A DNA stretch of 63,341 nucleotides, filler included, from Hyphochytrium catenoides (Eukaryota; Protista; Hyphochytriomycota): assembly GCA_900088475.1 (NCBI GenBank). It is 3 parts of 3 records of this genome, joined end to end, with 100 filler letters (N's around TTAATTAATTAA, not from the genome) between each part and the next. Parts side by side here need not be neighbours in the genome. Positions count along the whole stretch, not along the records: positions 6,750 to 35,395 come from FLMG01003935.1; 2 more parts are not named here. One strand, written 5' to 3'. A program made the translations under genes and the position numbers. The number at the start of each line of letters is the position of its first letter. Positions within the stretch are counted from its first letter, which is position 1. The notes below the pieces were generated by a model. The model was not told the origin of the DNA. It did no database searches and saw nothing but the letters and a program-made list of their open reading frames with translations. Positions 11,711 to 24,815 of the stretch are shown one piece after another.

Positions 11711-14700
11711 CTCTCTGTCGTCTCGCTTCCTCTCTCTCTCTCTTTCTCTTTCTCTTTCTCTGGCCTTCTAAGTGCTGTTTCTCCCTTCCCTCTTTTACTT
11801 CCATCCTCAATCTCTCTATCTCTCTTCTTTTGCTCAGTTCTTCTCGTGCTCCATCAGTCTTTGCTGACTACTCTGCTTCTTTCGTTCTCACTCTGTTCTG
11901 GTTGCAGGTCAACAATGAAGCTTGGCTGATAGCAAAAGAGAAGGTAAATGTCCAGGTGTCAGCTGAGAAGCTGCAGGAATTCGAGGCAGCGTTTTCAAAG
12001 ATACAGGCAGCCACCGGTATTGTTGAGCTCTCTCTCTTTCTATCTCTCTCCTCTGAATTTTGGCTCTAGCAGTCACTACTTCTCCTTTCTCTCTGTTCTT
12101 CTCTCGTGTTTACTGTTGTTTTCACTCTCTCTCCCTCCTATCTCTTTTCTCTCTCTTCTCTCTTCACTTTCGTCTGTCTCTATCCTTTCCTCGGCGTCTC
12201 TCTCTCTGTTTTGCTGTATCTCTCTTGACCTCTGAAGCTCGCTCTTCAACTCTTGTCCCGCCCTCTCCTTATTCACTTTAACTGCCGCACTGCGTACTTT
12301 CTATCTATTGCTCACGTCACAGAGTTGCGTCACTCCCTGAGTCAACATTCTGAGCCTTTTTTTCTCTCTCTTACTTTCTTTCTGTCTCTCTCTCGTTCTC
12401 TTACACTCTCTCTCTCTCCCTCACCCTCTAACTCTCTCCATTGGCCCTGCTTACCCACGATATCTGAAGGTATCCTTGACATCGAGGAGCTGGTTCGTCG
12501 GTTCATCAAGAATGAGGATCAGAGCTTCTCTCTATTCTCCTACGTCAATGAGCAGCAGAATGAGATTGACAGATTAGAAGAACAAGTGCAGGTAAGAGCA
12601 GGCGAGAGACCAACACGCGACAAGCCGAAGAAGAGGAGAGAAAGAGGAGACGGCGAAGGAGGAATGAGAAGACAGGAGAGAACAATGAATAAAGAGAGAG
12701 AAGGGAAAGAGAAAGAGAGACAACGAGAGAGAGACACAACGGTAGCACCCTGATGGGGAGTTAGGATGTGAAAGGGAAGAAAGAGGCCCGACAGGGCGCT
12801 GAAGGATCACCTGCAAAAAGCACGCTGTCCTCTTGATAATGAGTGAGCTTCTCCGTTTGCTCCATAACACTTTAATTTCTAGGCTCTCAAGAAAGAAGAG
12901 GCTGCCTTGTCGGAGGACACAGGAGAGGATTCTACCCAGCAAAAGCAGTTGCTTAGAAGTAAGTCTAGAACATCTTCCCTTTAGATTCCCATTAAGACAG
13001 TCATTCTCTTCGTTATGGCATCATTTCTCATCTACCTCCACCCTTTCTCTCTCTCTCTCTCTGTCTCTCTTTCTCTTTTTCTTCTCTCTCTCTCTCTCTC
13101 TTTTCTCTCTCGCGCGCTCTCTTTTTCTCTCTCTTTGTCTCTCTCTCTCTCGCGCGCGCGCTCTCTGTTCCCTCCTCTGTCGCCATTTTTTCTGTCTCCC
13201 TCCGGCTCGTCTCTCAGTCCTTGTCTCTGGGTGTCTCTCACGTTCTCTTCTTCAACCTCACCAAAATCCCAGTTCCCCGCTCCTATTCCCTTTCTTTCTT
13301 AGAACCTCACCTTTGTCCGCGGTGTGATATTTGTCCTCACTGCGTTTGTCCTGCAGGCCTAGAAGAGAGAATACTGACGACAGAAGGAATGACAGAGAAG
13401 TTTGAAACAAAGTGCAAGGAGGCGCAGAAGACTGTCAACGCTGTTAAGGTAACTCATGAGAGAAAGATACCGCGGAATAAGAAGACTTAAACTCAGAAAA
13501 ATATAAGGTGGAGAGAGAGAGACACAGGAGAGAGGAAATGTTAGTCATCCCGAAAGGGATTCTTGCCTTTGAGAGCAGGGTGGACTTCTCTCTTTCTCTC
13601 TCTCCCCGCTTTTCTCTCTTCTTAAGAGTCTCCCTATCTGTGTCCCTCTCTCTCTCTCTCTCTCCCAATGGCACTCTCATGCACAGAGTGGCACGCCCTT
13701 ACGCCCAGCAGAGTTTGACCTGTTTCCTCTTCCTAATTTCTTGTTCTCGCCATGTCTTTTTCTAAGATGGGCATCCAGAGCATCTTCACTAAGCTTCAGG
13801 CTACGAGGGAGTCGATAGAAGGAGACAGACCGGTGTCAGACGGCGCTGTGACAGAGGCCAACCTCTTGCAATACTTAGGTCGTTATCCTCTTCTCTCTCT
13901 GTGTCTCTCTCTCTCCCTCTGTCTCTTCCCTCTCTTTGTCTCTCTCCCTCTTTGCCTTCCTCTCTTTGTGTCTCCCTTACTCGTTCTCTTTTCGCTATTC
14001 TCTTGGTTCTTCTCTCAGTTCCCAAGATCCTCTTCTCTCTCTCTTCTCTCTCTCTCCTCAATAATATCTCTTCAGACTCAAACCTTCTTAGTGCCCAGTT
14101 CAGCTTGCTCATCCCTTCTCTCCTACTCAATCTAGGTCTCATCGAAGAGCGAGCCAACAAGCTTTTATTAGACTTCCGTGCGCTGAAGCAGCTCCAGCAA
14201 GCGGCACTTGAGATCCATCAGCAGCACCGCTCGCTCAGCTCTCTCTCTAAGAGCGATGACAAAGCAGGAAAGAGAGGCAGCGAGAAGAAAGGTTCTCCTA
14301 CGCGCGGAGGAGGAGCAAACACCGAGACTCTTTCTCCTCCTTCTCCGTCTCCCGCTGGAGTCGGAAGCTCTCTTTCCCCTGAAGGGAGAGTTGTGGGTCG
14401 TCCTGCTTCTCCTACCAGCTCCTCCAAGAGTCCTGATGCCTCTTTCCATATCAACCCGCCTAACTTAGAAGACTATGGCTTTGATGACGAGAGCGATGAA
14501 GAGGAAGGAGGGGCAAAGCCCTTCACGAGAGACGAACTAAAATTGAGAGTGAGTGAGCTTTGCAGAGAGCCTGCTGACCTCTCTCTCTCTCTCTTTCGCT
14601 CTCTCTCTCTCTGCCTGTCATCCTTCTCCCTGTTCCCTTGTCCTCTCTTACTCCTGCGTGGTTTCTCTTCTCTCTCTCATCTCACACACTTGGTTGCTCT

Positions 14701-14900
14701 TTCTCCTTCTCTCTCTCTTGCGCGTCAGGTTTCCATACATCATTTATCTTCCAGTCTATCTTTTCTCTCTCTCTCTCTCTGCTCTTCTTCATAATGTTCT
14801 GACAGGCGCTGTTGCGCTCTCTCTCTTCTAGACACTGCGTGGCATTCAAAAGCTCAAGCATAAAAGTCCATCCAGGACTCAGAAGGCCAAAAAGACATAG
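8214..14900 (+). CDS. ODA1: Outer dynein arm docking complex subunit (ODA-DC2/ODA1; CCDC114/CCDC63 family), about 17 exons
   Basis: Spliced exons include RKHMGGVNAAKESQAVLSKQIKILENRLEKALVKFNEALAQNKELREQID, FEAAFSKIQAATG, DIEELVRRFIKNEDQSFSLFSYVNE, VTEANLLQYLGLIEERAN and KPFTRDELK, all hallmark blocks of the family. Stop TAG at 14898-14900. Confidence 0.92.
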
Positions 14901-15469
14901 CGGCGAGATTTGTATGTGACGTCGGCGGGAGAGTGATCAAAAGTCAAAGGCAGGGATTGAGACAGAAGCGACAGGACAGGAGGGGAAGAAAGAGAGAAAG
15001 AGAGAGGGAGGGAGAGAGAGAGAGAGTATGAACGATGTGGAAGCCAATCTGATGGTACAATGAGCTAGAAGCTCTATTAGCAATAAAAAAAAAACAAAAA
15101 ACAATAACTCTAATAATCTCTATGACAAAGGTTAGCAGACCCCTTTGCAATCTCTCCTCTCTCCTTCTCCGGCCCAACTTTTCCCTTTCACTTTTCTCTT
15201 ATCCTCGCTGAAATCTTCCTCGTATTCACCGTACCCAAAAAGAAAAAAAAGAGAGAGAGAGAGAAAGAGAGAGAGCACAATCCGGAAGAAGGACGAGAGG
15301 CTCCAAAGAGAGCAAAGAGAAGTAAGAATGAATAGATAACTTACATGAGGGGAAATAGAGAAGAGAAGGGCGCTTCTAATAAGTATGAACACAGCGTTGA
15401 CTGAGTGAGAGAGAATGTTACAAGGAGGAGAAGGTCGCTCTTGCTCCTGAGAGAGAAACTCTGATTGCT

Positions 15470-17728
15470 TCACTCTCCAACAACGGAAGAGAGTCTGCAG
15501 AGACTTCGCTTGTTATCCCGAAGGGAATTTGATGAGCGCCGTCGTTTGAGAGAAGGGGAGAGCGTGCGCAAGAGCGTAAGGATGTCTCCCATCGCTCCCT
15601 TCATACTCTTTCGTATGCTATTTCTCCTGGGCATCTTCTGACCTCTTCTCTCACTGTCGTCCATCTCTTCGCTATCTTCAATCGGTACCCTCCATCCTGA
15701 GCTTCCGCTTCCACCAGACGGGCTCATGCTGACCGTTGCCATGTCAAAAAAGTCTTCTTCGTCCTCATCCTCATCCATTTCCTTTAGAATATTGTCGAGC
15801 ACTTCGTTCCACGAGCGAGGACAGTCCAGCAAACAAGCCTCAGTCTAAGGCAACAAACAAGAGAAGAACGATATATGTCAGCGGTCAAGCCACAAGTTGA
15901 TTGCTCTTCAAAGAGAACGCCAACGTAAACATGTAGATGCACAATACCCAGTAAAGCTAAAATGGCTAAAGGATGTTATACTATCTTCTCTTCGTCTGCC
16001 CTTACTATTCTCTCTCAACCTTTCCGGCTCTTGTTGTTGGTGCTTTTCCTCCTCCTTATCTGTCCTCTAAGAATGCTCCTGCTAACATCGCGCTAGCTTC
16101 TTATTACCTGTCGTGGACTGTTCTTCCCAGAAAGGTTTACATAGCCTGAAGTTAGCTTGCAAGCACCATGTTGGACCTGCTTCAGTGAGGGAAGCTCCGC
16201 AATAGGATTACAGAGTGCCTCCGAAGCAGGATCGATACCCTCTGCAGAGACAGGAGATTCAAGAAGCACAACGAGAGTTACCAACAGATAGGAAAAGCAT
16301 TCGTTCTCGCAAACTCCAACAGCCCCAAAGCTGCGTAAAGTAAGCAAGAAAAAAGAACGAGAGATTCTGACGAGAGCAGGGAGAAGATAAAGCATATGAC
16401 GCGTAATTAAAGCCTCATAGCAAAGCTAACCCAGCCAGAACGTGGCCAAAGTCAACTTCAAAAATCCCTATCAATGCCCTAGATAGCCCTCTTGTACTTA
16501 CTATGCACGGTGATAATAGCATAGGGAAGAAGAACACCCTCTTGTTGCACGTTTCCTGCATCACCGCCTCTCTCCTTCATCAAGGATGACAAATTTGGTG
16601 ATGGGAGAACAAAGATCTCTTCATCCATTCTGATAGAGACGGAGAGCTCGTCCTCCTCTGTCACCTTTCTGAACATGCTTCGCTTGAACTGCACATAAAG
16701 CACGGGCTTTAATCCAGGGAACATTCTTTCCTCTGCGCTCTCGTTCGTTTCCTCGCTCTGAGGCTGCTTTATTCCTGAGATCCGTCTGACAATCTTTTCG
16801 AACAACTCTGGACTGATGTCTTTCGTCGTAACTTCGGCCGCTAGTGCCCTATGATGCACCCTTTGCTCTATCCTAGGTGCTCCTATCGATAATGGGAAGA
16901 GAGGAGAACCGAATCGGTGATCAGAGGGATCACTCGCCTTCTTTACTACCGCTATGCAGATGTAGTCATTGAGCAGTGGGATACCCATAAATGGCCGAGG
17001 ATCTCCTCTCTTTCACGAAGTATGACATGGGGCAAACGCAAAGGGAAGGGATATAGGGACAAAAAACATCGTCATACTTGCTTTCATCGGCGCAACGAAG
17101 TAAAAGGAGATGAGAGGTAATATCAGTGCTCGAAACGGGAAGTTGCATACCATTATTCCGCCTATGGTTCCAGCAGAGTCTGACGACTGTCGACCCTTCC
17201 GCGGCCGCAAGGCTACCATTTAGCATGGAACCTTTGCTATCATCCAGATAGATTTGCCTCTCGACGCCAACGTATCGCGACTGCATCTTGTCTGATGAGA
17301 GTGAGCGTAAAGTCAAAAATGGTAGTAATGGAAAGTACACGACACATCTTGACTATTATCAGAGAAGACAAAAGGCGAGGTGTGGACTTCACAGAGAGCT
17401 ACGTTCCTGAGAATCAATGCTCCATCCACCAACCGGCGGGGAAGATCAGCTCTCAGGGCCAATCAGCGGCATTATGTGTCCCGATGCGGCTAAGAATTCG
17501 AAGCAATGACTCACCAATTAGCATACGTTTGATCAGCTCCGCGTCTTCTAAGGGCACAAGAAGCTTTTGTCTATGCATTCTTGGGGGCCTACTGATGCAC
17601 TCGTCATCCTCAATGAAAGTGCCGTCAGAGCTGTTGGTATTGATCCGTCGGAGATTACTCTTTGGAGGTTGTCCCTCAGGATTGGAAGGTTCTCTAGAAA
17701 GTTTCTTGAATAATTTACGCACGCTCAT
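15470..17728 (-). CDS. Divergent VTC (polyphosphate polymerase-like) domain protein, multi-exon
   Basis: Blocks align in order with the Vtc4 catalytic domain: RQKLLVP (~TTKYWVH), QIYLDDSKGSML...VVRLCWN (~SVYFDN..LY...IRLRWY), LKPVLYVQFKRSMF...SIRMDEEI (~LQPVVRTFYNRTAF..RISLDTEL), LPYAIITVH (~FPYAVLEVK), CKLTSG (~SKFIHG). Start codon tentative. Confidence 0.7.
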
Positions 17729-20700
17729 TGCTCAACCAAAAGGCCAGCTTGGCAGTGATGGATCTTCGTGACCACCTTGGGCTCGTTTAAGGGGCCAATC
17801 TTCACGTAGTTAACGAAAGTGAAACAATGTTTGGTGGATAGCCTGGAGCCATTTGAAATACTCCGACTAGTAGCACCGTAAAAGAAACCTGGTGAATACT
17901 CAGCTTCTTCTGTGAGGTCTCCGTCTGAAGCAGTCCTCCAGGGTGGTGCTGTTACTTTCACTCTAGGATTTTTACCGATTTATACTTCCAGAGATTGTCT
18001 AAGGGCCTCCCTCTTGCTTAGCATAACTAAATCTCCGTTAGCTTCACCTTATTGCCTCTTATGAAGCTTGATAACAATCCTTCAGTAAACCGATAGCGCC
18101 TTGTATTGAATTGAGCCTCAATCTTCACTAGTGTCTCTCGCAGTCTCCGAATCTCTTTGAGCTCTTTTCTATCCAGTTGTACAGTCCAGCAGCAATATTG
18201 CAGTTTGCAGGCCGTAGTATCAATAATGAACTTACTTATTTGGGCCGTCTGGCATTGGAATTACAATTTAGCTCCAAGAGAAATGTGCGAGAGCGAAATC
18301 AATAAAGCCGCATCAAGCCAGAGAGGCTTGATTTCTGATGCCTAAAACCATCCAACCTCCTACCCTCTCACCGTTTGGCCTAACCTTCTAATCCTTAACC
18401 GCTTGTTGACTCAAGCAGTAACAATTGATAGCACCGACAACCTAGAACTACTCCTCCTAATCGTTCCTTCAAGACTGGGAAAGTATATTACTAATCCCTT
18501 GATTTGGGCGTGAAAGGCTTTAGGACCAAACCTTATTACCATGAGTCATAATAAGAACAGAGAAAAGGCTCCATGTTGAAAATGGATTCGTTCTTTCAAG
18601 GGGGAGGATCGTCCCTCTCCCAGTCCCATAAGTGCCAGCCTCAGTATTGGGACAGTATTATTTGCTTGTCAGAAGATCTGGCTACACCAGGAAGACGAAG
18701 AAGGCAGGTGCGGTTTCAATTTTGGGGCGAAAAGGGCTAGGTCGCAACCAGCAATGACAACGGGAGTGTGATATAAACGATAGAAAGCTATGGAGGTTTA
18801 GAACAAGGAAGATCCCATCTGGCACCTGACTCTTCAGGTCTCTGGAAGGACAGCCATTAGCCATTAGTAGAACATGCTTCGTAGGCCTGGCCCGCTTTCG
18901 TGGATAAGATTCGGTAGAATGGCTGAATAACACAAGAAGCCTCCTAGTTGTCCGTTCTTGACCTGCGCATCTCCACATCCTCCCTTATTTTGTACAGATA
19001 CACACTTTACACACTGTTACAGCGGAGTACGCATATCTCCGAAATCAAGAGAACAAGCTAATTTGACAAGCTTTGAAGTTCTGCCTTCAAGAACGCAAAC
19101 ATCAACTGAAATATTTCAGTTTCGCTTCAGCATCACAAACAGATACCGGACACTTGCACAAGTAGCAAGCAAAGTCAAGTCCATCCTGTTAAAATCTACT
19201 TGCCAACGAGTATAAATTCTACCTCTACCGTAACTGAGGCACATGTGTGACTAGTACATACTTGTACTTGTTATCTAATCAGCTATTGGAGTAAAGTACT
19301 TGTACTTGCTACGGTTTTGCCAATCAGGGGATGATAGCCAAAATAGTTGTACTGGCATTTCCTATAGGAAAGGTGGACGAAGCTGAGATAGATTGCCTGA
19401 CAAAGTCGAGGTTGTTTACCATAGATTTATAACAACAGCTATGCAAGTAATACACCAGTACTACCAGTAGGTTAGTGGGGCTTTGGAGTCTTACTTGTAG
19501 AAGAACAATGCCAAAAAGACGCAGTTGCCTGCGGCGGGGGGGTGGTCCCGACCGCTGCTACTGCATTGGCATTGAGAGGTGATGGCAAGAGATTGAAGAT
19601 TGTAAGGCACAGCAGCAGGGCCGCTGCTGGAGCTCATTGCTGGCAGAGAGTCAAAGATACCAAGCACATCATCGTCATTGAGAGGGCGGGCAGCAGCAGC
19701 CCTCCACGCACAGCGGCCGTAGTAGCTGCATTCTTTGGCCATGAGAGTCTAACAATCTGCAGAGATCTTCTTTCTTTGACTGTAATAAGAGCAAAGAGAT
19801 GGTAGTTGGGCAACCAGGTTGGTAAGCCAACTTAAGCGGAGGAAGCAGGACTACTTAATAACGCGGCGGATGACTGCCTAGAGAATGAGTTAGGACTGTC
19901 CGGCAGAGAAGACTGTTTGCAGCAAGGTTGAATCTAACAGTCCTGTCATCCTACAAGTAGTGGCCCTCTCTGCCGTGGCACCTTCGTCTTAATGTACACA
20001 TTTACTCTGTCAGGCGGCATATGGTGTGGTTAGAGCGCGTATAAGGTGCCGCTATATCGAACACCTCCAGGGGAGGAGGGATCCAAGTCACGAGAGTGCA
20101 GTGTACTTCTTGAGGGCACTTTGCGCCGAAGTTTTGAAGATAAAAGAAACGAAATACTTAGTAGCATTCACAACAAAGCTATGAACCTGCCGCCGAACGA
20201 AGCAGCGACGTCCAGACCCTTCCTGAGTGCTAACCAAGGCCGTGCACAATTTTCAGTAGTAGCTAGCAGCACTTTCGCTGCTCTGAGGAGAAGGATAGGC
20301 AGTTATTATTGAGATGGAGGAGCAACATTATTTAGGCGGACAGCATCTTGTGTGCAGACTGTTTCAGACTGAAGTGGTGATTGGTTGCTATTATGGGCAA
20401 CGGCAGTGCTTACATCTGGTGGAACAACAAAATTAATGAGGCGCGAGGACAAAGCGTTGCCGCACAAGTTTTTCTTCCATAGATAGAGTAAAAGACCTCA
20501 GTCTGAGGCTATTTCTAAGCCGTTGGAATGACCTTGCTCCCGCTTGACTGCACCTACTACTAGGGCGCGCCTCGTTTTCTAAGGGTCTAACCCAACGAGT
20601 GCTGTGTGAGGTATGAAGATGCAATCCCAACCATCCACTCATCATATTATATTGGAGGCAGGCGAGAAGGTCAAAGAATTTATGAAAGAGCTAAGAGGAG

Positions 20701-21621
20701 TGCACCAGAGGAACGACAGAAGAGAAGGTGACTTGCTACTATGACGCCGGTCTGTGTATACTGATATCATCCTCATATTAGGTGCTGTGCTTCAGCTAGT
20801 TCTCATTTTAAAGGCGACCGACCGGCGAACGAAGAAGAACCCATAACCCCAATCTGCACCGTCATCCAACTTCCCTTCCTGTTTAAAGATTCCTTGTTGA
20901 GACTCAAGATGTCCTTTCTTCTCTGAGAGGGTCTTTGACCGAGCGCCTCTTCGTCTGGCCGCTCCCTCCTGCAGGGCTGCGCTCTGCAGCATCTTCCTAG
21001 CCAAAGGAGGGATCTCATTCCCCATCATCTGCCCCCAAAGATGCTCATTCTTCAGCACCACTGTCTCTCTCTTCTTTCTGTCCATTATTGGGAGGAAGAA
21101 GACAGAACTATCTTCTTCTACTTGTAGGAAGCACAGACCTGGATGGTCAAAACTAGCCGTTATGGACGTTATCTATGCGAAAGTAGAGATGGGGTAAAAT
21201 GAGGTGAAAGGACGTCCTTCTTCCAAAGACCATAACGCCCTCTTTTCTCCGCTGCTGATGGGTTCTTCTTTCCTTCTAGCTTGCTTGAAGGAAGCCAACA
21301 GATGAGGAGGAGCGCCACCACTTGCCTCTTGTCTAATCACCGCTGTCCAGGAAAGCAGCTGCTTCTTCTTCGTTGTGACTGGCACCACGGGTTCCAGACC
21401 CTCTTGCCGTTCTCTTCTTGCTGCTTGCCGAGCTCCTTTTCAGCGTTGATTGAGGAGGAGCTAAGACACAACGCTATTGAGTTTCAGCTGCGCTTTGCTA
21501 CGTGTTCCATCTCATTCTGCATGACGGAAACAACTGCTTGAAAGCTCTCTGTTTGTTCAAGTTTGCAGTCTTCTCCTCGGACGGGAAAGCGGGCTTAGGG
21601 CCAAGCCTTGAGCCAGAAGCA

Positions 21622-24482
21622 ATGGTACGTCGCTAACACCAATGGTTGATGCGGTCAGACATACAATGGATCCTTTCCTTCCCTCTCTGCCGCTGCCGCT
21701 GGACAGTTCAGACGTGTAGACGCCTTCTTTCAAACCTTGTGGTCTGGAGCCGCACATGCACTTCATTCCATGGTCACCAGGCTGTTCTCATCTCTCTCTT
21801 CTTTGTCCTCCATCCTCACTTCTCTCCCGCTGCGTCTGCAGAGTTACCAAGGAGAGGTGTTGGCTGGGTTACGACATGGTGGGAGTTCAGCTTCTCCTCT
21901 TCAGTCTTGTTGATCTCCTTCCTGCTCTTTTAAAAAATCTTCCCACTGGCCTCTCTCATGGCCTACATTCAGCCACGACTATGGTCATTTGTCTGGCTCG
22001 CGGCGTGGGTGCCCTTGGCCGTCTTACCGTCTAACAGTACAAGTAGGCTCAAAGGATCCTTGTTCTCTTAGTGCTATCTGTGGTTCTGTCTATTCTGCCT
22101 GTCCCTGGAAGATTCTTTCAGAATACTCAGTTCATTGTCAGTTATCACCATTATCTTACCCACACCTTGCCATCTCCAACTTCAGGGAAAGGAACGTATA
22201 CCTTCCCTCGAGACACCTTTCGTTATGAGGGAGAATGGGCTCATGGAAGGATGCACGGTGAGCTCTGGGCCCTTCACTAGACTGCTCCTGTCTGGCTACT
22301 TTCCGCCCATGCCATCCTGACTTGAGCTCCCTCTTGCTCAAGTTGAAGCTACATTTCAGCTGTCTTCTGAAGCAAGGCTTTTGCCTTGGAGGGCAGTCCC
22401 TGCGCACATTCCTACTGTCTTCTTCTCGTGCCCCTCTGGCTTTGTCTCTTTGACCTTGTTTGCGGGCATATTTGACCTTGTCCTGAGGTTGGCACTATAG
22501 GGCATGGAACACTCTCTCTCATTGATGGGAGCATTGTCAAAGGGGAATTCAAAGGTGGAGAAATAGAGGGACAGGGAGAGAGAAGATGGCCCGATGGTCG
22601 ACTTTATATTGGGAGCTTCGTCCGAGGCGAATGTCACGGTCATGGGACGCTTCAGCATCCCAAAGGGTGGAAGTATGAGGGAGAATGGGCCGATAACCGG
22701 TGGCATGGTAAGGACCTATAACCGCTTCTCACTTCAGTCAATAGTACATACCTTCTGTATTAGTGCTATAACCCTTCATTTGTTGTGGGGCGAGGTGGTC
22801 AGCTCCTGGCAATATCTCAAGACTACCCTTGGCAGCAGCTCCTCCTTTCTGAAGACTGATACTGATTTGATGGGCCTGACGTCGGTGTTTGAAAGACTTC
22901 CAGAACTATGCTGCGTTAATCCTCCACTAAAAATTGGCGCTATGCGTAGGTAAAGGAAAGCTGAGCTACGCTGACGGCTCTGGATATGAAGGCGAGTTCT
23001 CTTTTCATAGGATCCACGGTGAAGGCACTATGCGGTACAAGGATGGCGCCGTATATAAAGGTTGTTCATATGCCCAGAAGCAGTGGGCAGTTAGTATTCG
23101 AAGGAAAGGGCTTCAAATATGTAGAGCGGGAAGCCAACTTACACAGTGGCGGAGGATGGGGGTCGGAAAGAGAACAAGGGACGACTTGACAGACGAAGCA
23201 GCGTGGGCTGAATGGGTGGTATGGTATGGACGGCAATGGTAGAAAGAGACGGGTCAGTTGGTATAAGTCGGCCCTGAGTGGTATGTCTATGTGGCTCAAT
23301 TCAGCTTGTCCTTTGCTAGGCTATTGGGATAAAGGCCAACACAATGGTCCTGGAGAGTGGAGCTCGCCTAGCGGGGATTTTTATAGAGGTAAGGTGTAGT
23401 CTGTTGAAGCACCAGCAACGAGGGAGTTAGTGTGCCCAGAGAGGCGAATGTTACTTACCATTATATGCCATGGCTACTTAGGAGATTGGAAGCATGGGAG
23501 GAGACAAGGAACTGGCTTGGGCTTTCATCAGGCAACTGGACTCACCTACAACGGCTCCTGGGCTGATGATAGACCCCAAGGTAGTGCCTGAAACAATTAT
23601 GCGGCACCAGTTGAGCTATTTATTTACTTCTTCGCTTTGTCTGCTTCGCTCGCTCAAGTTGCGAAGAGCGCACTCACTAACGCCAGTCTCATCCGTTACA
23701 AGGTGTCCCAAACAGGCTGCGATGTTCCTTCACAACCAGGAGTGGAGAGAAAGAAAGAGGAAAAGACGTGCAGGAAGAATTGCCTACCTTTTATCCAGGA
23801 GAGGCATTGGGTCCTATTAAGATCGACTTGCTTTTCGTAAGGAAGACCGCCATGTCGTACTCCCTCAAGTTGTTACCATTCATATCTTGCCTCCGCTGTT
23901 TCTCTTGGCATCCGCTATAACTCTCACCCTTATTTTGCTCTATCTGTGCTTCTTCCTCTCAATCTCTCATAATAGGTAACTAAAGAGGCTCACAAGGAGG
24001 AGCAGAAGGAAATATCAGGGGAAAGTGGACGGAGAGTCAAACTAACTTTGGACTGTCTTTCTGTTGAGTCCGCCACCGATAAGAAAAGGAGAAAATCAAA
24101 AGGCAACAATACACCTGTGCCGCCGGTGGACTCTGCACCCATCAATGCTGGACTAGAATTCTCTATCGCCCGCGAAGCTGAGGCGCCAATTGTTCATTCT
24201 CAGCCCGCAGAGGTCACCCCATCAACGCAGGAAGCAGTGCCAAAGAGCCAAGCAGATTCCTCGACCCCTAAAATACGAGACCTAGAACTTACCCTGACTG
24301 ACGGGAAAGGTGTCACGCCCGCGGTAGTACTTGAAAGCTCTCTTGTGCCTGGGCTCTACCTGTTAAGGTTGCAGGATGTGTCTCCGCCCTTGTATAACGA
24401 GAAGCCGCTCGCAGAATCCAAGTTACTCTTCAAGGTCATAGCCCCAGAAGAAAAAGAGAAAGAGAAGCCATCTAAAAAGTAA
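21622..24482 (+). CDS. MORN1: MORN-repeat protein, MORN1-like
   Basis: ATG(21622-21624)|GTACGT, then SYQGEVLAGLRHG | KGTYTFPRDTFRYEGEWAHGRMHG | HGTLSLIDGSIVKGEFKGGEIEGQGERRW and further MORN repeats ending YNGSWADDRP. A later exon carries the ESGR motif seen in MORN1. Confidence 0.8.
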
Positions 24483-24815
24483 ATGGACAATTTATTCAGA
24501 CTGAAGCTTTGTGTCCTGAAGCATGCCGATACAAGCAGTTGAGATAGCACTGGCAAAGACAAGCCAGTGACATCAAGTAAGAGATACAGAAGTAACGGTT
24601 AGGGTAGAAGAAAGAAAAAGACATCCAGAAGATACAACAAACAGGCAGATACAGATGCAAGGAAAGAGCAGAGCCACTTTTCAACGAAATGGTTGAGACA
24701 CAAGCCACTAACGTAGGTCTAGCCACAGGTATCTCATAAATAAGAGAAAGAGACGGGCCGTATTTACACGAGAGGTAATGGAGAAGAAATAAATAAATAA
24801 GGTCCTCAAAGAACT

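Noticed and set aside
5516-14900. SPATA17 next to ODA-DC2 as a flagellar gene cluster
   Set aside because: They are separated by an artificial linker, so physical linkage is not shown.
18560-18612. TTCTTTCAAGGGGGAGGA as an LTR-retrotransposon polypurine tract
   Set aside because: No adjacent LTR, integrase or chromodomain sequence could be identified.
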